From positions 1 to 64,000 of the IMG/VR virus record IMGVR_UViG_3300033072_000537: a stretch of DNA of 64,000 nucleotides; one strand, 5' to 3'. Below, one piece after another: positions 54,685-63,400 of this stretch (position 1 is the stretch's first letter; every line of letters begins with the position of its first letter). The stretch is from a virus (lineage: Duplodnaviria; Caudoviricetes). The position numbers and the translations under genes were made by a program. A model generated the notes under the pieces. That model searched no databases. It saw nothing but the letters and a program-made list of their open reading frames with translations, and had not been told where the DNA came from.

Positions 54685-55184
54685 ATCTCCTTGTTTGAAC
54701 GGGCAGAACTGCCCATGATGGCGGCGATCAGCGGGTCAATTGCCGCAACGCCACCGGTTGAAAACTTTTGTTTCGCAGTGCGATTCTGGTCGTATTTCCG
54801 GGCGTAGTCTTTCCCCGCCTTGCTCCTCTTCCATTTCTTACGAGCCCGCTTGCTGGCCTCGCCCCCCTTTTCGGTGTGGCGATAGCGCTTGCACTTCTCG
54901 GTGGCGCTCAACGGCTGCGGCTTGTCTGCGTCTGCGCCCGGCCCCAGCTTCCAGAGTTCAAAGTGAGGGCCGCCGCCAGCTCTTGCCCAGCCGGCGATAT
55001 GGACCTCGCTCTTACTGTGCATGCGCTTCATTACGCGCTCGACGGTTTGGCGGGCACGGCCTGCTTTCTCTGCGATCTGGCGGGTGCTCTTTGCGTGCTT
55101 ACGCGGGCCAATCAGATCAGGGAGCATGTCAGCGAGCGGCAGCGTGTAATCGCTGCCGGGCGTGGTGCGGCTTTTGTATTTCAC
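54681..55184 (-). CDS. Winged-helix-like protein
   Basis: STRQIAEKAGRARQTV...VHIAGW; C-terminal DPLIAAIMG. Confidence 0.6.
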   Translation of the reverse strand: MKYKSRTTPGSDYTLPLADMLPDLIGPRKHAKSTRQIAEKAGRARQTVERVMKRMHSKSEVHIAGWARAGGGPHFELWKLGPGADADKPQPLSATEKCKRYRHTEKGGEASKRARKKWKRSKAGKDYARKYDQNRTAKQKFSTGGVAAIDPLIAAIMGSSARSNKEM

Positions 55185-55399
55185 GGCATGGCCTCGCCGA
55201 TGGCTGCGGCTTGTCCATCGCGGCGCTCCCCAGGAAACATGACGCGGCCCCAGGCGTCGAGGTAGGCGGCCCAGCAGGTCAGGCCGAGCGTGGCGGTGGT
55301 GATGGCGATCTCTGCTGACACTTCGACGTGCCGGCGAACCATTGCAGCGGGGGTTACCTTCGGGCGCAGGATGCGCTGCAGGGGAGGTGTGTTGATCAT
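55181..55399 (-). CDS. Hypothetical protein
   Basis: AGGAG SD upstream. Confidence 0.45.
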   Translation of the reverse strand: MINTPPLQRILRPKVTPAAMVRRHVEVSAEIAITTATLGLTCWAAYLDAWGRVMFPGERRDGQAAAIGEAMP

Positions 55400-55440
55400 C
55401 GAAATCTCCTAGTCAAAAAATGGATGAAACGCCGCGAGTA

Positions 55441-55487
55441 TTATCCAATTTCGGGTAATATGCAAGATATTGTCGTGACTGTATTTT
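55441..55487. promoter_or_regulatory. Back-to-back early promoter/operator (minus) and late-type promoter (plus)
   Basis: TTATCCAATTTCGGGTAA at 55441-55458 inside minus-strand TTGCAT-17-AATACT; TCGTGAC-TG-TATTTT at 55473-55487. Confidence 0.65.
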
Positions 55488-55493
55488 GTAGAA

Positions 55494-56378
55494 ATGGACA
55501 ATGAAACTGCCAATGCTTGGAAATCAGCTTATCTCGACGAGGGCTTGCCGGTCAGGAAGATCGCTGCGCGGTTCGGTGCGTCAGAATGGATGGTCGCAAC
55601 CATACTCAAGGAAATTGGAGTTGAAGTAAAAAACAGACGGTACAAGGACAAGACTCTGAGAGTTGAGGCCGCTAGGCTGTACGTAGAAGAGCGAAAAACG
55701 ACTTATGAGATCGCGGCATTGTTGAAGGCGTCTCCGGCAACCATTTTAAGGTGGCTTCACGATTTGTCAGTGCCAATTAGGTCGCCGTCTGAGGTTGCTA
55801 TACTGCGGTCTGAAAATCCAAAGAAAAACGGCTATCTACGAAGTCTTCGTGCGGCATACCAGTCCAGCAAGATGGGGTGCTGGTTTATTGCACACTCGCG
55901 ATACGAGGTCGCGCGAATGATGCAACTTGATGGCGACGATGATGTTGCCTCATGGAAGAGATGCGATCAGTGGGTTAGCCTGCCTGGCGGAAAGCGGTAC
56001 ATGCCAGATTTCGACGTTACGTACCGTACCGGTCGGCGCGTCATTGAAGAGGTCAAGCCGTCCCATCTTTTGACCAATGAACTTGTTCTCCTAAAGGCGC
56101 AATGCGCGAAGGAATTTTTCTCGAAAGAGGGCGCGGAATACGTGTTTGTTACTGAGCACGAAATAGGTAAAGAGCGGATCAAAAACGTCGACACGGACCT
56201 GATTAGTTTCGACATCAAGCGCGCAGCAAAGCCAAAAAAAGACAACTCTGCGTATCATCGAGCGTATTACCACAACGTAATCAAGAAAAATCCTGAGAAG
56301 ATGGCTCGATTGGCAGAGATAGCTCTCGCTTCTTACCACAGGCGAAAACTATCGAAGGAGGATGGTCGTGCTGATTGA
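55494..56378 (+). CDS. HTH plus TnsA-like PD-(D/E)XK endonuclease (free-standing homing-endonuclease-like)
   Basis: Two HTH repeats; SRYE, YMPDF, IEEVKP, FVTEHEI; AT-richer sequence. Confidence 0.75.
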   Translation: MDNETANAWKSAYLDEGLPVRKIAARFGASEWMVATILKEIGVEVKNRRYKDKTLRVEAARLYVEERKTTYEIAALLKASPATILRWLHDLSVPIRSPSEVAILRSENPKKNGYLRSLRAAYQSSKMGCWFIAHSRYEVARMMQLDGDDDVASWKRCDQWVSLPGGKRYMPDFDVTYRTGRRVIEEVKPSHLLTNELVLLKAQCAKEFFSKEGAEYVFVTEHEIGKERIKNVDTDLISFDIKRAAKPKKDNSAYHRAYYHNVIKKNPEKMARLAEIALASYHRRKLSKEDGRAD

Positions 56379-57522
56379 TGTTTCTCGCGTCAGCGACGAA
56401 TGCTGCAACCATGCCATCGACGAACTATTCGCGAAGGCTGCCGGCGACCCACCAAATATCTGGGAGCCACACCATAGCCCATTGGTTCGCCGGCTGATTG
56501 AGCTCTTCACCGAGCGTGGCCTAATGCGCATCGGTGCCTTGCAGCTTGAGCTGCAGAAGTGGCTCGACGGCGAGCGCCACAAGGAAAGCGAGCGGTCCAT
56601 CGTCCCGCCTGGCTACGTCGAGCGCTGGACGCCCGGCGAGCTTGAGCTAGTCCGCCTCTACCTGGAGAGCTTGCCGCCGGCCGAATTCACCGCCGACGAC
56701 TGGATGCTCTGCATCGACTTCCTGCATCAGCGCTATTTCCCGCAGGACGAGCTCCGCGCCGAGGCCGAGTGGCTGGCTGTGCGGGCCTCAATCATGGGGC
56801 GCGTGCAGGCCCGCATGGGCGAGGTCAGCGAGCGCCAGGCCGACGCCCTGCTGATGGCCGCCCCGGCGACCGTCGAGGAGGTCGGCGCTCGGTTTGGTAT
56901 GACCGCGGCACAGTCGGCCATGCTTCGCTGGGGGCGCACGCACTGCGCCGAGAACATCGTCACCGTGGCCGACGGCATCCGCCAGCGTATCAAGGCCGTG
57001 GTGCTCGACTACCAGCGCGGACTGGCGCTGGGCGACCCGACTATCCGGGAGAGCATGCAGACGCGGATCGCCGACAAGTTCGCCACGGCCAACGCCGACT
57101 GGCGACGCATCGCTGTTACCGAAGCGTCAGAACTGATGAATCAGGGGTTGATCGCGTCGCTTGAGCAAGGAACTCGGGTCCGCCGACTGGAGCAATACAA
57201 GGGGGCCTGTCAGTTTTGCCGAAAAATCGACGGCATGGAATTCGAGGTTATCCCTGCGTCTGAGGCCGCAGGCAAAGACCCGTGGAAATTCGTGTGGGCA
57301 GGAAAAACGAATATCGGGCGCTCGGCTGCTCCAAGGAAGCGTGTAGGTGGAGAACTGGTAGATCGCGAACCGCATGAAATGTGGATTCCAGCTGCTGGTG
57401 TACAGCATCCTCATTGCCGGGGGCTTTACATTGCCCTCAAAGAGCCAGACAGCGCTGGCGATGCTGAATTCACAGAATGGATGAAGCGGACCCTGGAGAC
57501 GACCAATGCCGACAGGGACTAA
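56362..57522 (+). CDS. MuF-like head morphogenesis protein
   Basis: DWRRIAVTE, ACQFC.KIDG, HPHCRG. Confidence 0.8.
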   Translation: MVVLIDVSRVSDECCNHAIDELFAKAAGDPPNIWEPHHSPLVRRLIELFTERGLMRIGALQLELQKWLDGERHKESERSIVPPGYVERWTPGELELVRLYLESLPPAEFTADDWMLCIDFLHQRYFPQDELRAEAEWLAVRASIMGRVQARMGEVSERQADALLMAAPATVEEVGARFGMTAAQSAMLRWGRTHCAENIVTVADGIRQRIKAVVLDYQRGLALGDPTIRESMQTRIADKFATANADWRRIAVTEASELMNQGLIASLEQGTRVRRLEQYKGACQFCRKIDGMEFEVIPASEAAGKDPWKFVWAGKTNIGRSAAPRKRVGGELVDREPHEMWIPAAGVQHPHCRGLYIALKEPDSAGDAEFTEWMKRTLETTNADRD

Positions 57523-58162
57523 GCTAACGCACGAAGACGCCGTATCAAGGTTGCGCGCCAAGAGCATAACTCTCTTGTCTGAATTTAAGGGTTCGCAAAA
57601 GCCAATTCTTGTCCGTTGTGACAAGCACGGCGATGAATACTGGATTCGCGCTCACGGACTGGTTTGCGATGTGAAGCGAATGAGGTGCTGCCAGCGCGAA
57701 GATGCTAGGGAGCGAATGACCGGCAGATTCGTATCAGAGGAGACGCGCGCGAAGATTAGCGCTTGGCAGCAAGACGGGAAAGCGCCTTGGTCTGGAAAAA
57801 CTTTGTCAGAAGACCACAAGGCAAAGATTCGTCACGGAGTCCACGTTTCCTATGACGCCATCGATCCATTTATTGCACTTGCCAAGGCTGGAAAGACCGC
57901 TGGCGTCAAAGGCTGGTTCTACATCGCCAAGATGGATAACGGTCTGCTCAAATTCGGAAGCACCCGCTTCGACGACTATGAGAAAATGCGCTTCCGTCAT
58001 TTTGAGCGAGCATTTGGTACTTCATCCGAAGAATTGTTGACGCGAGTTCTCGTTGACGACGCCGGCGCCTACGAAGCCGCGATGATGCAAAAGCACCGCG
58101 AGCACTGGGCACATGGCGAGTTTTTCAAAGATTTCCGTTCGGAGCTGAATTGTGCAGCCTAA
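57506..58162 (+). CDS. NUMOD3-containing putative homing endonuclease (GIY-YIG-like C-terminus)
   Basis: CDKHG; SEETRAKIS and SEDHKAKI repeats; GWFYI...LKFGST..GEFF. Confidence 0.6.
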   Translation: MPTGTKLTHEDAVSRLRAKSITLLSEFKGSQKPILVRCDKHGDEYWIRAHGLVCDVKRMRCCQREDARERMTGRFVSEETRAKISAWQQDGKAPWSGKTLSEDHKAKIRHGVHVSYDAIDPFIALAKAGKTAGVKGWFYIAKMDNGLLKFGSTRFDDYEKMRFRHFERAFGTSSEELLTRVLVDDAGAYEAAMMQKHREHWAHGEFFKDFRSELNCAA

Positions 58163-59819
58163 GATCGTGTTCCTGAAATCGTCGCCGGCTGCCGAGCCCG
58201 TCGACCTCACCACAACCCCCGTCCGCGCCGACGAGCCTACCCCGGCCCAAGCCGAGTCCGGCAACTACGCCAAGCGCGCGATGCCGTGGAAGGGCCTAAC
58301 CATCCGGATCGAGAACGAGGCAGGCAGCGTGCGGCGCGGCACCGATCCTGGCGGCAAGGCCTGGGAGACGCACATGCCGCACGCCTACGGCTACATCGTG
58401 GGCTCAATGGGAGTGGATGGCGACCCGGTCGATGTCTATGTCGGTCCGTTTGCCGAGACTGCCGAAAGCGTGTTTGTCGTCCATCAGCGCCGAGTCGGCG
58501 ACTGGGACAAGTACGACGAGGATAAGGTTTTTGTTGGCTTCCTGAACGAGGACGAAGTCAAGCAGGCGTTTATCCAGTGCTACGACGATCCGCGCTTCCT
58601 GGGGCCGATTACGGCTATGCCGGTGGGCGAGTTCGTCGAGAAGGTGAAAACGACCAAGGAGAATCCGAAGATGATCAAGTCTGCCCCCCGCGTGGTGATG
58701 GCTAAGTCGCACGTCGAAGCCTACACCAAGAAGGATGGGACGTTTGTGGCGGCGCATGAGGATTCTAGGAAGCCAAAACAGGTAAAGTCCATCGAGCACA
58801 TTCGCCAGCTTGCCGACCAGAATGGAGGCAAGATTTACGTCAGGTGGTCAGTGCATCATTCGCACGACATGAAAGACGGAGCAGTTTCCCGTGATTACGC
58901 AAATGGCGGGGTGCACGGAGGCTTATCTGCCGTGCCAATTACTTCCGACATGGAGGATCACGAAATTGCGAAATACGCGAAGGAATACGGCTTCCTCAGA
59001 ATGAAGGACAGCAAGATAAAGCCGCACTTCTACGCTGGTGAGAAGGTCGGAGAAGATTCTGATGGGTATGACTCAATACGCCCAACGCGCCACATCGGAA
59101 CTGGGCATGCGTCTTTCGTCAAGGAGCTTGATGCAGGGCTGGCGGAGAAGCTGCGCCTCAAAAGAAATATTGAGAAGGGAGAAAAGTTACTCGCTGGGGA
59201 CATGGATGTTGTCGCCCGAAAGATTTGGGAAAAGTCAGTGGCAGAGGATAAGGAAAAGCTCGCCGGACTAGGCGGAAAACTGATGTCGAAATCCATCATC
59301 TTCCTCAAGGCCAAGCAGAAGGGCGACGACCGAACGCCGGATATGTTCGCGACGCACGTCGAGGCGCGCACCAGGAAAGACGGGCACGTCCAGAACTACC
59401 ATGTTGCGAACGCCAAGCCTGACACCGTCACCGAGCCGCGCGCCGAGCTGGTGAAGGAGCACGAGCGCCTGGTGCATGTGCTGGAGAGCCCCAGCCACGC
59501 CGACGACAAGGCCGAGGCGAAGCGACAGAAGGCCGAGCTCGAGGAGTACAAGGCGGGCGGGGATGCCGGTGTCACCGTCACTAGCAGAAAGAAGGTCCGC
59601 GACCCGCTCGAAGGCACGCAGACGCACGTCACGCTCTCGAACGGCAAGACGCACCGCCTGCAGCGCCTCAACGCGACCGAGTCCATGGGCCTGCCGGGCT
59701 GGCATGACGTCGATGGCGGGTTCCTGGGAGACAACGAGCAGAGCGCTATTGATGAGTTGGTGCGGCGGGCGGGATCGCGCCCCGCACCAATGATCAAATC
59801 AATCCGCAGGATGAAATAA
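58152..59819 (+). CDS. Polyvalent protein with an inorganic pyrophosphatase-like domain and a second unknown domain
   Basis: PTPAQAESGNY.K, IEN..GS.R.G, YGYI..S.G.DGDPVDVYVG, DEDKV..GF. Confidence 0.75.
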   Translation: MQPKIVFLKSSPAAEPVDLTTTPVRADEPTPAQAESGNYAKRAMPWKGLTIRIENEAGSVRRGTDPGGKAWETHMPHAYGYIVGSMGVDGDPVDVYVGPFAETAESVFVVHQRRVGDWDKYDEDKVFVGFLNEDEVKQAFIQCYDDPRFLGPITAMPVGEFVEKVKTTKENPKMIKSAPRVVMAKSHVEAYTKKDGTFVAAHEDSRKPKQVKSIEHIRQLADQNGGKIYVRWSVHHSHDMKDGAVSRDYANGGVHGGLSAVPITSDMEDHEIAKYAKEYGFLRMKDSKIKPHFYAGEKVGEDSDGYDSIRPTRHIGTGHASFVKELDAGLAEKLRLKRNIEKGEKLLAGDMDVVARKIWEKSVAEDKEKLAGLGGKLMSKSIIFLKAKQKGDDRTPDMFATHVEARTRKDGHVQNYHVANAKPDTVTEPRAELVKEHERLVHVLESPSHADDKAEAKRQKAELEEYKAGGDAGVTVTSRKKVRDPLEGTQTHVTLSNGKTHRLQRLNATESMGLPGWHDVDGGFLGDNEQSAIDELVRRAGSRPAPMIKSIRRMK

Positions 59820-59868
59820 TAAATTCGTTGAATGTTCACCGCCGGGTGGCACTGCTACCCGGTTGTGC

Positions 59869-60189
59869 ATGAGCATAGAAAATGGGCGTCGTGCTGCCCT
59901 AAATGCGCGCATTGACCTGGCCTGCAAAATGCTGGCCGAAACAGATTTGACCCTGGCGGAAGTCGCGCTCGAGGCCGGCTTTTCAAGCCAGGCGCACATG
60001 AATTTCGCGTTCCGCAAGATTCGAGGGATTACCCCCAGGCAATGCCGTTGGCGCTGCCGGTCGTCACTTCCCCCGTGCCTGACGGCTTTTTTCGCGCTCC
60101 CAGGCCTCGCGGCAATCCGCATTGCACCAACGCCGGATGCCGTCGGATGGCTGATCGCCTGCCTGAATACGCTCCAGGATGTCGTCTGA
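59869..60189 (+). CDS. Stand-alone AraC-type HTH half-domain (possibly a remnant)
   Basis: RIDLACKMLAETDLTLAEVALEAGFSSQAHMNFAFRKIRGITP. Confidence 0.55.
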   Translation: MSIENGRRAALNARIDLACKMLAETDLTLAEVALEAGFSSQAHMNFAFRKIRGITPRQCRWRCRSSLPPCLTAFFALPGLAAIRIAPTPDAVGWLIACLNTLQDVV

Positions 60190-60345
60190 TACCAGCTGCT
60201 CGCCGCAGTTGGGGTCAAGGCAGAATCCGGTAGGGCGGGGGCCTTCTGGCTTCCTGATGGCAATCTGCGCGGCAAGGATCATCTCCTGCTGGGCGACAGA
60301 CTGGTCTAGCGGGTCTGATTGGTGCTCGAATTCTTCGTTGAACAT
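60064..60345 (-). CDS. TraR/DksA-like C4 zinc-finger protein
   Basis: SDPLDQS, TGFCLDPNCGE...RRWCNADCRE.WE. Confidence 0.7.
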   Translation of the reverse strand: MFNEEFEHQSDPLDQSVAQQEMILAAQIAIRKPEGPRPTGFCLDPNCGEQLVSDDILERIQAGDQPSDGIRRWCNADCREAWEREKSRQARGK

Positions 60346-60374
60346 GGCGGGATGACAGCGGTTTAGGTGCGCTG

Positions 60375-60412
60375 ATTGTGCCGTCACGCCTTTTGATTCG
60401 TGACGGCAGAAT
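60375..60412. promoter_or_regulatory. Divergent pair of late-promoter-like motifs forming a 10-bp inverted repeat
   Basis: Minus strand GCGTGAC-GG-CACAAT (60389-60375); plus strand TCGTGAC-GG-CAGAAT (60398-60412). Confidence 0.65.
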
Positions 60413-60446
60413 TCCAGGTAACTCAATAAATCCCGGCGACCGCCCT

Positions 60447-63400
60447 ATGCTGATCCTGTTTTTGAAGTCCCAGATGGGGCTGTTCGACATGCCGACGCTG
60501 ATCTCTGGCAGCGTCAAGAAAGACGGCACGATCACTGCGCCACACATCGGCATTCGCAAGAAGCGGATTGCGCCGCCAGCACCCGTGCAGGCCGATCTGT
60601 TTGGCGGCCACGAGGAGGCGAAGAAGACCCGCCGCACCGCACTGGAGGCCCTGCTGCGCAAGTACGGTGGCGCTGCCCAGGTAGCAGCGATGATGCGCGG
60701 TGTTGCCGAGGATAAGCGCGCCGACGCCATCGCGAAGATGGCGAAGATCGCCAAGGTGACGCCGGCCGAGATGCAGGCTGCGCTCGACGCCGCCAAGCCG
60801 GAAGACGCGCCGCAGATGGACCTATTCGCGGCGACTGTCGCCAAAATCGACACGTCGGAGAAACGTGTCGATGAAACGCCGAAAACGGAACACGTCGCCC
60901 CTCCTGCCACCGACGCCGCCTTGGTCGAATACACGACCAAGAAGGGCAAGAAGCTGACCGGCATCGTCCGCTCCGATCTGACCAAGGAGCAGGCGAAGGA
61001 AATCGACCCCTACACCTTCTGGCACAAGAACCCGAACGGCTGGTTCATCCGTGAGAAGCACATCGGCCAGTCACCTGCCGCCTCTGATCAAAACCCGATC
61101 AAGACCGAAACCCCCGCCGTTGCTCGCAAACCGAAGCCAGCGCCGGTCGAGGATCAAAACCCGGTCAAGAACGATTCGGGCGTATCCGAGCGCCACGCCG
61201 CCGACCCGCTCGATTTCGGCGTCAAGCCCGGCACCAGCAAGGCCGACCGCCGCCGCCTGAATGCCGCTGCTGCGGCCCTGGTCGATGAGAAAACGCCGGG
61301 CGAGATGACTGGCCAGGACCGCGCCGTCCTGCGCCAGTACAGCGGCAACGGTGGCTGCGGTGACAGCCTCAACGAGTTCTACACCGACCCCGCAATCGCC
61401 AAGGCAATCTGGGACGTGGCAGGCCGCCTAGGGTATGAATCCGGCACCTGCCTGGAGCCGTCCTGCGCTACCGGTGTTTTCCTGCACACCGCCCCGGCTG
61501 GCTTCAAGATTACCGGCGTTGAGCTGGACCCGACGTCGGCAAAGATCGCGACGGCGCTGCATGGCGACCGGCACGAGATCGTCAATGCCAGCATGGAGCG
61601 CTTCGCCACTCAGGACATGCGCCAGTTCAACGTCGTGGTGGGCAATCCGCCCTACGGCCCGCGCGGCATCCTGGCAAAGGACGACAAGGTCGAGCTCTCG
61701 AAGGCCGAGGAGTATTTCATCGACACCAGCCTGGACAAGACCGCCCCGGGCGGGCTGTGCGTGATGGTTGTCCCGGCCGGGATCATGGACAGCAAGAACG
61801 GCCGCAGCTTCCGCGAGCGCATCCTGCGCAAGGCTGAATTCCTGGGCGCGCAGCGCATGCCGAACACGGCGTTCGAGCACACCCATACCGACGTGACGGC
61901 CGACATCATCTATTTCCGCAAGCGGCCTGACGACGTTGCCGGTGCGCTGGCGACCGTGGGTCAGGACACCTTGCAGCAGCTGGGTGTCTGGGACGATGAA
62001 TTCCTGGCCGGCACGTACTTTGATGGGCGCGGCGCTGAAAACGTGTTTGGCGAGGTCGGCACGGCCAAGCGCGCATTCGGCGAGATTTACACGGTCAATG
62101 GTTCCATGCGTGGCGTGCCCGAGGAGGTCGCCAAGTTCGAGCCGCACGCCAAGGGCCTGCCCGTGTCTGTGCCGGACATCCTGGAGGCGCTGGGCGATGA
62201 CGAGGCCGCCAAGAACCGCGCGCTGAACGGAGCCGAGAAGCGTCCTTACCAGGACACCGCCAAGGTCGGCGACATCCGCGTGATCGACGGCGTGTCCTAT
62301 GTCCTGCAGGGCAACCCGCCGCGCTGGCACCGCGTCGACGAGGCGCTCCAGTCCGATGCGGTGACCGAGGCGCAGGAGCTGGCCGAGGCCATCGACCGTT
62401 TGATGACTGGGCGCGCTGCTGACCGTCAGAAGCTCGAGGCCGACGTCCGCGCTTGGGTTGAGAAACACGGTATCCCGGCCAAGAACCCGAACCTTCTAGT
62501 CGCCGCCGCGACCGACAAGACGCTCTACCGCCTGATCGGTGCCGTGGGCAAGGACGGCAGCCTGTCTGACGTGGTCACAGGCCGGTACTTCAAGGCCAAC
62601 GAGGAGGCAGGTTTCGACACCATCGCCCGGGCGCTGGCGCTGAACCACGAGACAGGAGCATTCACGCATACAGAGCTCGCCGAGTCGCTAGGCCAAGACC
62701 GCGAGGAGGTTCTCGACCGTCTCGTCGCCGATGCGAATTACGCCTACCTGCCGAATGCCGACCTGGGCGCCTATGGCGCTTGGGCACCGATGGACGTCTA
62801 TCTGACCGGTGAGCTCTGGCCGAAGCTGGACAGCGTCCGGGCGGAACTGGCACGCGAGGGTCTGCCCGAAGAGGTCCGGGGCAAGCTCGAGCACCAGGCC
62901 AGCCGCCTCGAGGCCACCATCGATCCGAAGTCGCTCGAAGACGTCGAGATCATGCTCAACTCGGCATTCCTGCCGACCAGCGTGATTGAGGCTTGGATGA
63001 ATTCCAAGATCGCGGCATTCAAGGGCGAAAACCCGACCGCATCCTACGCTCAGAGCATGAAGGAAGACGCCAAAGTAACGTTCGACAACGGCGTCTATTC
63101 GATCAGCGGCGGCATGTGGGGAGATGCCAACCTCCTGGACAAGTACCTGAACCGTACCGGCGTCCGGAAGGACGACATGCCGCGCATTGAGCAGATGAAC
63201 GAGGAGTTCAAGGACTGGCTCTGCTCATCGTCGCTGCGTGACCAGGTCGAAGAGCTCTACAACCGGAAGTTCCGCGGCTTCGTGCAGCGCGATTTTTCCA
63301 AGGAGCCTATCGACGTCCCGGGCCTGGCGAACCATGACCAGGTCAAGGACTACCAGTGGCCGGGCCTGCGCTGGGCGCTCGCCGCCGGCAAGGGCATCAT

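Noticed and set aside
55494-56378. Tn7-like transposon
   Set aside because: The TnsA-like domain stands alone; no TnsB/TnsC or transposon ends.
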